A stretch of DNA of 64,000 nt, taken from contig CBDBQD010000002.1 in the NCBI GenBank assembly GCA_965209115.1, forward strand, positions 261,042-325,041, read 5' to 3'. The notes beneath the pieces are model-generated. The model saw nothing but the letters and a program-made list of their open reading frames with translations, ran no database searches and had not been told where the DNA came from. A program made the position numbers and the translations under genes. How positions within the stretch are numbered: position 1 is the first letter of the stretch; every line of letters starts with the position of its first letter. Positions 1 to 11,180 of the stretch are shown one piece after another. Source of the stretch: Acidimicrobiales bacterium. GTDB taxonomy: Bacteria; Actinomycetota; Acidimicrobiia; Acidimicrobiales; CATQHL01.

Positions 1-303
1 GAGGACCTGCGGTCCTACGAGTCCGACAGCTGGCGGGGTCGCGGCGACCCCACCGCCTCCCAGACCGCCTGGGCGCTGCTGGCGCTGATGGCCGCCGACG
101 AGTTCGGCGAGCCGACCTGCCGCGGCGTGGAGTGGCTGGCCCGCGCCTGCCGTCCCGATGGCACCTGGGAGGAGCCCCAGTACACCGGCACCGGCTTCCA
201 GGGCTACTTCTACATCAACTACCACCTCTACCGGCAGGTGTTCCCGACCATGGCACTGGGCCGCTTCCTGCGGGCCACCGCCGGGGAGGAGTCGCTGCGA
301 TGA
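1..303 (+). CDS. shc: squalene-hopene cyclase, C-terminal end (5' part outside window)
   Basis: Frame 1 is open from position 1. Peptide SQTAWALLALMAA...GTWEEPQYTGTGFQGYFYINYHLYRQVFPTMALGRF is the typical terpene cyclase C-terminus. hpnG and hpnH follow directly. Confidence 0.85.
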   Translation, partial: EDLRSYESDSWRGRGDPTASQTAWALLALMAADEFGEPTCRGVEWLARACRPDGTWEEPQYTGTGFQGYFYINYHLYRQVFPTMALGRFLRATAGEESLR

Positions 304-923
304 GCCTCGAGTTCTGGTGCCCCCTGCGCCTGGAGGCGGCGGCGGCTCGGCGAGGGGCGCCCGGCACAGGGGTGGTGCGCACCGGCATGGGGCCGCGCCG
401 CGCCGCGGCCTTCGCGGCCCGGCGGCAGGTACCGGGGGACCGGTCCGGGGCCATCGTGCTGGGGCTGGCCGGCGCCGTCACCGATTCGCTGGAGCCGGGC
501 GACGTGATCGTGGCCGAGGCGGTGCGCGGGCCCGGACCCGATCGCTCCGCCTGGGGACAGGCGGCCGAGACTGTCCGGGTGGCGCTGCGCGAGGCGGGAG
601 TCTCGGCGGTGCGCGGCCCGGTGCGGTCGGTCGCCCGCGCCGTGCGCGGGGCGGAGCGGCGCCGCCTCGCCGGCGACGGAACCCTGGCCGCCGACATGGA
701 GTCGTGGTGGCTGCTGGCTGCGGATCCGGCGCCGTTGGCGGTGGTCAGGGTCGTTTGCGACACGCCCGCCGCGGAGCTGGTGTCGTTGTCGCTACCGTGG
801 CGGGCGCGTCGGGCCCTGGCGGTCATCTCCCGGATCGCCGCGACGCTGAGCACCCGGGAGACACCGATCGCACCCGACAGATGGCGAGGGCTGGAGAGAG
901 CAGCCCCTGGAGGTGGTTCCTAA
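300..923 (+). CDS. hpnG: hopanoid-associated phosphorylase (HpnG-like, nucleoside phosphorylase family)
   Basis: ATG at 300 overlaps the shc stop (ATGA). Peptide IVLGLAGAVTDSLEPGDVIVAEAV is a PNP/UDP-type motif. It lies between shc and hpnH. Confidence 0.6.
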   Translation: MSLEFWCPLRLEAAAARRGAPGTGVVRTGMGPRRAAAFAARRQVPGDRSGAIVLGLAGAVTDSLEPGDVIVAEAVRGPGPDRSAWGQAAETVRVALREAGVSAVRGPVRSVARAVRGAERRRLAGDGTLAADMESWWLLAADPAPLAVVRVVCDTPAAELVSLSLPWRARRALAVISRIAATLSTRETPIAPDRWRGLERAAPGGGS

Positions 924-1927
924 TGGGCATCCCGCTTAGACAGGCCGCCCGGGTCGGCGCCTACATGTTCGCCAACAAGCTCCGGGGCCGCCAGAAGTAC
1001 CCGCTGATCGTGGAGATGGAGCCGCTGTTCGCGTGCAACCTGGAATGTCCCGGCTGCGGCAAGATCCAGCACCCCACCGAGGTCCTGCGCAAGCGCCTCA
1101 GCGTCGAGGAGTGCGTGGGCGCCATGGAGGAGTGCGGGGCGCCGATGGTCTCCATCGCCGGCGGCGAGCCGCTGCTGCACCCGCAGATCGGCGACATCGT
1201 GGAGGCGTTGCTGGAGCGGAAGAAGTTCGTGTACCTGTGCACCAACGGCGTTCTGCTGCGGCGCAAGATGGACCAGTTCAAGCCCTCGCCCTACTTCTCC
1301 TGGGCGGTGCACGTGGACGGGCTGCGCGAGCGCCACGACATCGCGGTGGCGCGGGAGGGCGTCTTCGACGAGGTGGTCGAGGCGATCCGGGAGGTCAAGA
1401 AGCGCGGCTTCCGGGTCACCACCAACAGCACCTTCTTCAACACCGACACGCCCGAGTCGGTGCGCGGCGTTCTGGACTTCCTGAACGACGACCTGGGGGT
1501 GGACTCGCTCATGATCTCCCCGGGCTACGCCTACGAGAAGGCCCCCGACCAGGAGCACTTCCTGCAGGTGGCCGAGACCAGGCGGCTGTTCCGCGAGGCC
1601 TTCGCCGACGGGCGCCGCAAGCGCTGGCGCCTGAACCACTCGCCGCTGTTCCTGGACTTCCTCGAGGGCAAGGTGGACTACCAGTGCACCCCGTGGGGGA
1701 TCCCCAGCTACTCGGTGTTCGGCTGGCAGCGGCCCTGCTACCTCATGGCGGACGGGTATGCCGAGACCTACCGGGAGTTGCTCGAGACGACCGACTGGGA
1801 CAGCTACGGGCGCGGCCGCGACGAGCGCTGCGCCAGTTGCATGGCGCACTGCGGCTACGAGCCGTCGGCGGTGATCGCCACCGCGGGCTCGCTGCGCCAG
1901 TCGCTGCGGGCGCTCGTGGCGGGCTGA
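923..1927 (+). CDS. hpnH: adenosyl-hopene transferase, radical SAM
   Basis: ATG at 923 overlaps the previous stop (TAATG). CNLECPGC radical-SAM cluster motif. The peptide is colinear with HpnH throughout (KYPLIVEMEPLFACNLECPGCGKIQHP...CYLMADGYAETYRELLETTDWDSYGRG). Confidence 0.85.
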   Translation: MGIPLRQAARVGAYMFANKLRGRQKYPLIVEMEPLFACNLECPGCGKIQHPTEVLRKRLSVEECVGAMEECGAPMVSIAGGEPLLHPQIGDIVEALLERKKFVYLCTNGVLLRRKMDQFKPSPYFSWAVHVDGLRERHDIAVAREGVFDEVVEAIREVKKRGFRVTTNSTFFNTDTPESVRGVLDFLNDDLGVDSLMISPGYAYEKAPDQEHFLQVAETRRLFREAFADGRRKRWRLNHSPLFLDFLEGKVDYQCTPWGIPSYSVFGWQRPCYLMADGYAETYRELLETTDWDSYGRGRDERCASCMAHCGYEPSAVIATAGSLRQSLRALVAG

Positions 1928-2050
1928 GGGTCGCCCCGGCCGGCAACGCCCCCGGCGGCTTCCGCCCCGCGCCGCCGCCGCAGCCCGTCCCGCTTCCAGA
2001 CCTCGCTCGCCTCCTTCGCTCGGGGGTCGTCGGGGCGTAGCCTCCGTGAC

Positions 2051-3406
2051 GTGCGCAGCCGCCATGGAGTCGCCGCAGTCCTGACGGCGGCGGCCCTGCT
2101 GGCCGTCGCCTGTTCCGGCGCTCCGTCCGATCAGTCCGAGCCGGCTCCGGCGGGCGCCGGCTCGCCCCCCGCGGCGGGGGTGACGCCGGCCGCGGCCACC
2201 GACCCGGCAGCCGATGTCGACGCCCGGGATGATGGCGCCGCCGGGGGTCCCGAGCCGGTGAGGATCGGTGTGATCATGGCTGCCGGCGGCCGCCTCGCAC
2301 CCCACGACGGGCCCGTGCTCGACGCCCTCGCCTACGCGGTGCGGCAGGCCAACTCCTCAGGGGGTCTGCGGGGAAGGCCGCTGGAGTTGCTGTTCGAGGA
2401 TTCCGATTCCGAGCTCAACACGGCCCACGCCGCGACGCGGCGGCTGATCGACAGGGACGTGACCGTGATCTTCACGTCCTGCGACCCGTACTTCAGCCGG
2501 CCTGTGCGCGAGGCGGCCCACGGCGCCGGCACGCTCGTGATCGTGCCGTGCGGGCCCGAACCCCTGCCCACGTTGGCGGCGGGTCGAGATCGGGTGTTCT
2601 CCGCCGGAACCTCCGCGCAGGCCTACGGGCGGGCGCTCGCCGAGTACGCCGTCGACGCGGGGATCTTCTCGGCGGCGACCCTCGTGGAGGCCGACAGGGC
2701 CGAGGCCGTCCAGATGTGCGACAGCTTCGACCGCCGCTTCGCCGAACTGGGAGGCTCGCGGGGCTTCACACTGCGGTTCGACCGCTTCTGGATCGCCGCG
2801 CAGCCCGTCGTCGGGGCGCAGGCGACGGCCCGGGCGCTGGAACGGGCGGCCGAGCATCCCGCTGTGGTGCTCTGCGCCGCGGTCGGCGGGCGCGGCATCC
2901 GGATGTTCGAATTGCTGCGGTCGGCGGGCATCGGCACCGAGGTTCTGGCGCCGGCGGCGCTGGACGGCGTGGCCTGGCAGCGCGGCATCTTCGGGTTGGA
3001 ACCGCTCACGGTGATCACCGAGGCGTCCACGTTCGGCGACGACCCGAGCGCGCAGGTGAACGCCTACTTCGCCTCGATCATCACCGGCGACCTGCGCCGG
3101 GAGCCGGAGAGCGCCGGCCGGGACGTCGATCCCCGTGGTCTGGCGCAGGTCGAGGACCGTGTCGGCTGGGCGGTCACCGGTGCCGAGGCGCTGTGGATCT
3201 TCATCCGGGCCGTCCAGCGCACCGCCAGCCTGGACCCGGCCGTGCTGGCGGCCGACATCGAGCGGTTCGAGGACGTCGAACTCTGGATGGACTCCGCCAC
3301 CTTCAGTCCCTCCCGGCACGCCGTCAGCGGGAGGGCCTTGCGCGTCATCCGCCACGACGGCGGCGCCAGCCGGCTGATCGAGTTGCGCATCCCCACCGGG
3401 TTCTAG
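2051..3406 (+). CDS. periplasmic-binding-protein type 1 (Leu/Ile/Val-binding-like) solute-binding lipoprotein
   Basis: GTG start. Signal peptide with lipobox AALLAVAC|SG, a low-complexity linker, then a LivK-like fold (RIGVIMAAGGRL...). No permease or ATPase gene is adjacent. Confidence 0.6.
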   Translation: MRSRHGVAAVLTAAALLAVACSGAPSDQSEPAPAGAGSPPAAGVTPAAATDPAADVDARDDGAAGGPEPVRIGVIMAAGGRLAPHDGPVLDALAYAVRQANSSGGLRGRPLELLFEDSDSELNTAHAATRRLIDRDVTVIFTSCDPYFSRPVREAAHGAGTLVIVPCGPEPLPTLAAGRDRVFSAGTSAQAYGRALAEYAVDAGIFSAATLVEADRAEAVQMCDSFDRRFAELGGSRGFTLRFDRFWIAAQPVVGAQATARALERAAEHPAVVLCAAVGGRGIRMFELLRSAGIGTEVLAPAALDGVAWQRGIFGLEPLTVITEASTFGDDPSAQVNAYFASIITGDLRREPESAGRDVDPRGLAQVEDRVGWAVTGAEALWIFIRAVQRTASLDPAVLAADIERFEDVELWMDSATFSPSRHAVSGRALRVIRHDGGASRLIELRIPTGF

Positions 3407-3409
3407 CCA

Positions 3410-3556
3410 GCCCGCCTGCCTGCCGCCGCCTGCCCGCCTGCCTGCCGCCGCCCGCAGCCTCTTCGTCATTCCGGCGGCCTCTTCGTCATTCCGGCGGCCT
3501 CGTCGTCATTCCGGCAGCCTCTTCGTCATTCCGGCGGAGGCCGGAATCCAGCCTCC
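3410..3556. repeat. intergenic tandem-repeat block ending in a REP-like hairpin
   Basis: GCCCGCCTGCCTGCCGCCGCC occurs twice (3410-3430, 3432-3452). Four tandem 20-nt units CCTCTTCGTCATTCCGGCGG follow (3458-3537; the third is a variant), closed by AGGCCGGAATCCAG, which pairs with the last unit. Confidence 0.85.
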
Positions 3557-3570
3557 AGAAGCCCCAAGGC

Positions 3571-4497
3571 TCAGTAGCCGAGGGCGACGTGCACAGGCCC
3601 CAGCAACGGTTCGCCCGCCGCGTAGCGACGCACATTCTCGGTCACCCTGTGGTTCAGCAACTCGATCCCCATCTCGGGTGTGTTGCCCACGTGCGGGGTG
3701 ATGATGCAGTTCGGCAGATCCCACAGCGGGTGGCCGTCGGGCAGCGGTTCGGGATCGGTGACGTCCAGCGCCGCGCCGGCGATGGTCCCCGCACCCAGGG
3801 CTTCGGTGAGATCATCGGTCACGACGTGCTCGCCGCGCGCCACGTTGACCAGCCAGCAGTGCTCCGGCATCGTGGCCAGCGCCTCGGCGTCGATGATGCC
3901 CCTGGTCTCGGCGGTGAGGGCCAGCGCCACGACCACCGCGTCGGAACCGGCGAGCGCCTCGCCGAGCGCCGCGGGCCCGACGACCCGGACATCGGTGGTG
4001 CCCGGGAGCGGTTCGGGATGGCGGCGCAGCACCGTCACGTCGCACTCGAACGGCGCCAGCAGCTTCAACAGCTCGACGGTGATGCCGCCGCCGCCCAGGA
4101 CCGTGATGGCGGCGCCGCGCAGGTTGCGGCCCTCGGGTCCCAGCCAGCTCCGGGCCGGCATGTAGCTGGTGAAGCCGCGCATTCCCGCCAGCAGCATGCC
4201 CAGGGCCATCTCCGCCACCGGCTCGGCGTACACGCCCTTGCCGCACGTCCAGAGCCGCTCGCCGTCCAGGAACCGCAGGTAGGGCTCTATGCCGGCGTAG
4301 GGCAGCTGGATCCAGCGCAACTGCGGCGCGGCGCGCAGCACCGGGCCCAGCAGGTCGGGGTTCTGCGGGTCGGCCCAGATCAGCCCCTCCGCCTCGGCGG
4401 CGGGCACCACGATCCCCCCGCCGGCGCTGACCGCTCCCGCCAGATCGTCCCGCCGCCAGCATTCGGGCTCGATGGCCACCAGGGGTCGGCGTGTCAT
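3571..4497 (-). CDS. D-isomer-specific 2-hydroxyacid dehydrogenase, NAD-binding
   Basis: VLGGGGITVELL Rossmann motif, NVARGEHV and ALDVTDPEPLP...IITPHVG catalytic region. Start set at ATG 4497 (MTRRPLVAIEP) because the longer ORF runs through a REP hairpin. Confidence 0.8.
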   Translation of the reverse strand: MTRRPLVAIEPECWRRDDLAGAVSAGGGIVVPAAEAEGLIWADPQNPDLLGPVLRAAPQLRWIQLPYAGIEPYLRFLDGERLWTCGKGVYAEPVAEMALGMLLAGMRGFTSYMPARSWLGPEGRNLRGAAITVLGGGGITVELLKLLAPFECDVTVLRRHPEPLPGTTDVRVVGPAALGEALAGSDAVVVALALTAETRGIIDAEALATMPEHCWLVNVARGEHVVTDDLTEALGAGTIAGAALDVTDPEPLPDGHPLWDLPNCIITPHVGNTPEMGIELLNHRVTENVRRYAAGEPLLGPVHVALGY

Positions 4498-4521
4498 GAT
4501 CGTTCCTTTGGCTTCTCGTTC

Positions 4522-4549
4522 GTCATTCCGGCGCAAGCCGGAATCCAGG
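4522..4549. repeat. REP-like palindromic element
   Basis: GTCATTCCGGCGCAAGCCGGAATCCAGG: an 8-bp stem ATTCCGGC/GCCGGAAT with a short loop, in a divergent intergenic region. Confidence 0.7.
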
Positions 4550-4675
4550 CTCCGGCGAACCTGCTGGTGCCGTCCCTCGCGGCTCCACCGGCACGGAGAC
4601 CGTCCGGGTGCCAAGGCTAGATTGCAGGTCCGGTCGCGAGTTGGGCAGTCACGACTCGGGCGAGTGGGAGGGCGC

Positions 4676-6214
4676 ATGAGAGTACCGCTGACCGTGGGGG
4701 ACTTCATCGACCGGGCGGCGCACGTCTATCCCGACCGGCCGGCGCTGATCGACGAGCCCGACCAGCCGGCGCCGAGCTGGGGGACGCTCAGCTACGGCGA
4801 GGTGGCACGACGGACCCGGGCGATGGCCGCCTCCCTCGACCGCCTCGGGCTCGGTACCGGAGAACGGGTGGCGATCGTGTCGCACAACGCCGCCCGGCTG
4901 GTCACGACGATGCTGGGGGTCAGCGCCGCGGGGCGCATCTCGGTGCCGGTGAACTTCCGCCTCAACGCCGCCGAGGTGGACTACATCGTCTCGCACTGCG
5001 GGGCCCGATTGCTCCTGATCGACCCCGAGCTGACCGGCGACCTGGCCGGCGTGGACTGCGAGCACCGTTTCATCATCGGCCCCGAGGCCGACGAGGCGCT
5101 CTTCTCCGACAGCGACGTGGAGCCGCGCCCCCACCAGCCCGACGAGGACGCCACCGCCGCCATCAACTACACCAGCGGCACCACGGCGCGTCCCAAGGGT
5201 GTCCAGGTCACCCATCGCACCATCTGGCTCAACGCCGTGACCTTCGGCTGGAGCGCCGGGGTGAGCGACCGCGACGTCTACCTGCACACGCTGCCCATGT
5301 TCCACTGCAACGGCTGGGGCATGCCGTACGCGCTCACCGGGGTCGGCGCCACCCAGGTGGTGATCCGCAAGATCGACGGCGCCGAGATCCTGCGCCGCAT
5401 CCAGCGCCACGGGGTCACCTACCTGTGCGGGGCGCCGGCGGTGGTGGCGGCGGTCCTGGCGGCGGCCGAGGACTGGCAGGGACCCATCCCCGGCTCGGGC
5501 ACCGTGCGGATGACGGTGGCGGGGGCGCCCCCGCCGCGGCGCACCATCGAACGCATGGAGACCGAGCTGGGCTGGGAGTGCATGCAGCTCTACGGGCTGA
5601 CCGAGACGGCGCCCTACCTGACCATGAACCGGGTGCGTCCCGAATGGGACGCCCTGACGGCCGCCGAGCGGGCCGAGCGGCTGGTGCGCCAGGGCGTGCC
5701 GGCGCTGGGCATCAAGCTGCGCGTCTCGGCCGACGGCGAGGTGGAGGCCCGGGGCAACCACGTCATGGAGGGCTACTGGGAGCAACCCGAGACCAGCGAC
5801 GAGGCGCTGGCCGGCGGCTGGTTCCACACCGGCGACGGGGGCTACCTGGACGGCGACGGCTACCTCGTGCTGACCGACCGGCGCAAGGACGTGATCATCA
5901 GCGGCGGCGAGAACGTCTCCTCGATCGAGGTGGAGGACTGCCTGTTCGCCCACCCCGCCGTCGCCGAGGTGGCGGTGATCGGCGTGCCCCACGAGCGCTG
6001 GGGCGAGACCCCCAAGGCGCTGGTGGTTCTGGCTCCCGGGGCCACCGCCACCGACGCCGAACTCATCGCCCACTGCCGCGAGCACCTGGCTCACTACAAG
6101 TGCCCCACCTCGGTGGAGTTCCGGGAGGCTCTGTCGCGCACCGCCACCGGCAAGCTCCAGAAGTACAAGCTCCGCGCCCCCTACTGGGCCGACCAGGAGC
6201 GCGCCGTCAACTGA
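4676..6214 (+). CDS. acyl-CoA synthetase / AMP-dependent ligase
   Basis: AMP-binding motif YTSGTTARPKGV, then GYWEQPE...WFHTGDGGYLDGDGYLVLTDRRKDVIISGGENV...TATGKLQKYKLR. ATG at 4676 lies after the REP element. Confidence 0.85.
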   Translation: MRVPLTVGDFIDRAAHVYPDRPALIDEPDQPAPSWGTLSYGEVARRTRAMAASLDRLGLGTGERVAIVSHNAARLVTTMLGVSAAGRISVPVNFRLNAAEVDYIVSHCGARLLLIDPELTGDLAGVDCEHRFIIGPEADEALFSDSDVEPRPHQPDEDATAAINYTSGTTARPKGVQVTHRTIWLNAVTFGWSAGVSDRDVYLHTLPMFHCNGWGMPYALTGVGATQVVIRKIDGAEILRRIQRHGVTYLCGAPAVVAAVLAAAEDWQGPIPGSGTVRMTVAGAPPPRRTIERMETELGWECMQLYGLTETAPYLTMNRVRPEWDALTAAERAERLVRQGVPALGIKLRVSADGEVEARGNHVMEGYWEQPETSDEALAGGWFHTGDGGYLDGDGYLVLTDRRKDVIISGGENVSSIEVEDCLFAHPAVAEVAVIGVPHERWGETPKALVVLAPGATATDAELIAHCREHLAHYKCPTSVEFREALSRTATGKLQKYKLRAPYWADQERAVN

Positions 6215-6536
6215 GTCATCCGCCGGCGCAGACCATCTCCAGATAGTCGTCTCCAATCGCTATTTCGTAAACGCACTCTTCCGAATAGTGCGCAGCGCCG
6301 CCTCCGAGCAATGCGGTGTCGTCGGCCGTCACGAGGTGACGGAGGAGGACGGGAACGGCATCGTGGGTGCCGGACGTGCCCGGTCCCGCTCAATCGGCGC
6401 GGTTCTCTGTATCGTGCCACCCGGCGGGGGTGCCGGTCATCGGTCGCCCGGCGACCCCCGGGATCAGCGGCGATCTCTTCTGCTTCCCCATCCGCCATTG
6501 CCGACGGGTTGAGTCGGTGCACGCAAGGAGCAAACC

Positions 6537-7550
6537 ATGGCCTACAGGGCTGAGTACATATGGGTGGACGGATCGGTGCCCACCGCCGAGGTGCGATCCA
6601 AGACGAGGGTCCTCGCCGACGGTGAGGAACCCGGTATCTGGGGCTTCGACGGCTCCAGCACCAACCAGGCGGAGGGCAGCGACTCCGACGTCGTGCTGAA
6701 GCCGGTCTTCAGCTGTCCCGACCCGCTGCGCGGCGGCGACAACGTGATGGTGATGAGCGAGACGTTCCTGCCCGAGACCATGGAGCCGCACCCCACCAAC
6801 ATGCGGGCGAAGACGCGCGCGATCCTCGACAAGTATGGTGACCAGGAGTTCTGGTTCGGGCTCGAGCAGGAGTACACCATGCTCGACCCGGTCACCAAGT
6901 GGCCGTCGGGCTTCCCCCCCAACGGCTTCCCCGGCCCGCAGGGGCCGTACTACTGCGGCGTGGGTGCGTTGCGCATCCACGGGCGCGAGGTGGTCGAGCA
7001 GCACACCGACTGGTGCCTCGGCGCAGGCCTGGCGATCTCGGGGACCAACGCCGAGGTGATGCCCGGCCAGTGGGAGTTCCAGATCGGCCCGCTGGACCCG
7101 CTCGCCGTCGGCGACCACATCTGGGTGGCCCGCTACCTGCTGTACCGCGCCGGTGAGGACCACGAGATCGAGATCAGCCTGGCGGCCAAGCCGATGCAGG
7201 GCGACTGGAACGGTGCGGGCATGCACACCAACGTGTCCACCGCCTCCATGCGCCGGAACTACGAGGCCGTGGTGGCCGCCGCCGAGGCGCTGGGCGCCGC
7301 CGGCAAGCCCGAGGAGCACATCGCGGGCTACGGCGACGGCATCGAACTCCGGCTCACCGGCGCGCACGAGACCGAGCGCTACGACACCTACAGCTACGGG
7401 GTCTCGGACCGGGGCGCCTCGGTGCGCATCCCCTGGCAGGTGCACAAGGACGGACGGGGCTACATCGAGGATCGCCGGCCGAATGCCAACGCCGATCCCT
7501 ACGTGGTCACCGGGTTGCTGGTCCAGACCATCGGCGAGGCGCTTGCCTGA
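6537..7550 (+). CDS. glnII: glutamine synthetase type II
   Basis: 337 aa. MAYRAEYIWVDG...GFDGSSTNQAEGSDSDVVLKP...WFGLEQEYTML...GTNAEVMPGQWEFQIGP is diagnostic of GSII. Confidence 0.85.
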   Translation: MAYRAEYIWVDGSVPTAEVRSKTRVLADGEEPGIWGFDGSSTNQAEGSDSDVVLKPVFSCPDPLRGGDNVMVMSETFLPETMEPHPTNMRAKTRAILDKYGDQEFWFGLEQEYTMLDPVTKWPSGFPPNGFPGPQGPYYCGVGALRIHGREVVEQHTDWCLGAGLAISGTNAEVMPGQWEFQIGPLDPLAVGDHIWVARYLLYRAGEDHEIEISLAAKPMQGDWNGAGMHTNVSTASMRRNYEAVVAAAEALGAAGKPEEHIAGYGDGIELRLTGAHETERYDTYSYGVSDRGASVRIPWQVHKDGRGYIEDRRPNANADPYVVTGLLVQTIGEALA

Positions 7551-7736
7551 GGATCCGAGCCGTCCGTAGCCCCTCGGGGGACTGCGGTCGTCCGGGCGGC
7601 GGCGTCGGGGCTGCCGTTTGCTCCTTCGATTCGACTGCCGAGCGGGGGCTCGGCATTCTCGGAGGCGTCGCGAATCGGCCCCCTCCACCCCCGCCCTCCG
7701 GGGCTTTGCGGCTGCCCGTGGGGCGTGAGGCCCTGT

Positions 7737-9368
<1,632 letters not shown>

Positions 9369-9439
9369 AGGTGGCTCGTCGGTGTTCCGTGGGACGCTGC
9401 GAATGCCCGGTGGTGACGCCGGTCGATTCGCTGCGCAGT

Positions 9440-9488
9440 GGATTCCGGCCTCCGCCGGAATGCCGGGAGCGTCCGCTCCCGGCATGAC
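9440..9488. repeat. REP-like element, opposite orientation, with an extra nested hairpin
   Basis: GGATTCCGGCCTCCGCCGGAATGCCGGGAGCGTCCGCTCCCGGCATGAC. The reverse complement is GTCATGCCGGGAGCGGACGCTCCCGGCATTCCGGCGGAGGCCGGAATCC. Confidence 0.65.
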
Positions 9489-9548
9489 TCAGCGGTTCCC
9501 GACCGGCTGGTGTTTCTCCACGTCAACGGTACCCGGCGCGGGTGCTGT

Positions 9549-10037
9549 TCAGCCCGCGACGGGGGTCCCGGCGTAGGGGGACGGGTCGTCGCGGATCGGG
9601 ATCCTCGGCTTGCTCCAACTCATTGCCTTGGCCAGCCCGTTCGCCACGGCCCGCCACGAGCGCGGCCTCCAGCCCTCGGCCGCGCCGATGACCTCCAGGG
9701 AGTGGTTCAGATGCACGATGGCGGGCAGCCGCTCGAGTCCCAGGCCCTGCACCATCTCGCGATCGGGATCCGCGAAGGTCAGGAACCGGTCCGCCCAGGG
9801 GCCCAGGAACTGCCGTGCCTGCTCCTCGGTGCCGCATACGAGCCAACCAACCCGGCAGTCGGCGCCGGAGAAGTTGCCCATCACGCGGCCCGCCGTCGGC
9901 AGGATCCAGCCGCTCTCGTGGGTGAAGGGATCCAGCGCCACGACCACGAGGTGGAACGTCGTGACCCATTCCTCGACCGGACGGGGCTTGCCCGTCAGCG
10001 GCGTCAGTACCAGATCGGGTGGTGGTGACGTGGCCAC
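9549..10037 (-). CDS. hypothetical thioredoxin-fold-like protein (no CxxC)
   Basis: Only the last ~160 codons of the 532-aa ORF have protein-like composition (VATSPPPDLVLTPLTGKPRPVEEWVTTFHLVVVALDP...ERLPAIVHLN). GTG at 10037 is in frame. Confidence 0.4.
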   Translation of the reverse strand: MATSPPPDLVLTPLTGKPRPVEEWVTTFHLVVVALDPFTHESGWILPTAGRVMGNFSGADCRVGWLVCGTEEQARQFLGPWADRFLTFADPDREMVQGLGLERLPAIVHLNHSLEVIGAAEGWRPRSWRAVANGLAKAMSWSKPRIPIRDDPSPYAGTPVAG

Positions 10038-10244
10038 GGGCTCCGAAGCTAGCGCCCCGCGGCCGACTCCCGGCGCAAGGGCACTTCCCCCGTCCTGGAT
10101 CGCTGGGACCCGCCCGGACGGTGGTCGTGCAGGGTGGTTGCCGTTGGGGGACACTGCGGGAGTGCAGTGGCCGATGCCGGAACCCTCGCCCGCCACGAGC
10201 CCTGAATCCTGCTGTGGCCGCGACGGGCCGCCCCCCGCGTCGCC

Positions 10245-11159
10245 GTGAGTTCCGAACCGGCGACCGGTTCCTCGAACCCACGACGGCCTCCGGCTCCGGC
10301 GGTGTCGTCCAGCGCCGGGTTGCAGGGTGCGCTGCTGGCTTGGGCGGCCCCCCGGCTCCGCGACCTCCCCTGGCGGCGGACCCGCGATCCCTGGCGTGTC
10401 CTGGTGGCCGAGGTGATGCTGCAGCAGACCGGTGTGGCGCGGGTGCTCGAGCGCTACGAGTGCTTCTGCGAGCGGTTCCCGACGCCGGAGGCCTGTGCTG
10501 CGGCGCCGGCGAGTGCGGTCATCGAGGCGTGGAGCGGGCTGGGTTACAACCGCCGCGCGGTGCACCTGCACGCCGCGGCATGCCGCATCGCGTCCGCCGG
10601 TAGTTTCCCGACCACCCTCGAGGGACTCCTGGAGTTGCCGGGCGTCGGGGCGTACACCGCCCGGGCCGTGCTCGCCCTCGCCTTCGAGCGCGACGTCGGC
10701 GTGGTGGATACCAACGTGGGACGCCTGCTGGCACGCCTGACCGGGCGCCGCCTGACCCGGACCGAGGCACAACGGACGGCCGACCGCCTCGTGCCCGCGG
10801 GGCAGGGGTGGCTCTGGAACCAGGCTCTCTTCGACCTGGGGGCCGCGGTCTGCACCCGCAGTGCCCCGGCCTGTGTGCAGTGCCCGGTGGGCGAGCACTG
10901 CGCCTGGAGCAGCAAGGGCCCGGACCCGGCTGAGGGTTCGGCAGGCGTCAGTGTTGGTCAGTCCCGCTTCGAAGGATCCGACCGCCAAGGCCGGGGACGT
11001 CTCGTGGAGGCACTCCGATCCGGCCCACAGCCGGCCTCGGCGGCGCCGCGCCTCATGGCCCTCGAAGCCGACCCGCCGCGAGCGCGGCGCATCCTCGCGT
11101 CGCTCCTGCGCGACGGTCTCGTCATGGAGCGAGACGGCGCGCTGCAACTCCCCCGGTAG
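10245..11159 (+). CDS. mutY: A/G-specific adenine DNA glycosylase (HhH-GPD, 4Fe-4S)
   Basis: WRVLVAEVMLQQT, GLGYNRRA, the HhH motif LPGVGAYTARAVL...DTNVGR, and the cluster CxxxxxxCxxCxxxxxC (CTRSAPACVQCPVGEHC). Confidence 0.75.
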   Translation: MSSEPATGSSNPRRPPAPAVSSSAGLQGALLAWAAPRLRDLPWRRTRDPWRVLVAEVMLQQTGVARVLERYECFCERFPTPEACAAAPASAVIEAWSGLGYNRRAVHLHAAACRIASAGSFPTTLEGLLELPGVGAYTARAVLALAFERDVGVVDTNVGRLLARLTGRRLTRTEAQRTADRLVPAGQGWLWNQALFDLGAAVCTRSAPACVQCPVGEHCAWSSKGPDPAEGSAGVSVGQSRFEGSDRQGRGRLVEALRSGPQPASAAPRLMALEADPPRARRILASLLRDGLVMERDGALQLPR

Positions 11160-11180
11160 CGGCCGGTAGCGGCGCCGCGC

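Noticed and set aside
3458-3537. Possible CRISPR array (four 20-nt direct repeats)
   Set aside because: The repeats are directly adjacent with no spacers, the units are too short, and there are no cas genes. It is a tandem amplification of a REP arm.
2548-4620. 690-aa plus-strand ORF
   Set aside because: It overlaps the solute-binding protein gene out of frame, runs through two REP/tandem-repeat blocks, and is antisense to the dehydrogenase gene. Composition is Arg/Gly/Pro-rich.
9549-11147. Full 532-aa minus-strand ORF
   Set aside because: Only the last ~160 codons look protein-like. The remainder is antisense to mutY and Arg/Pro-rich, so the call was shortened to 9549-10037.
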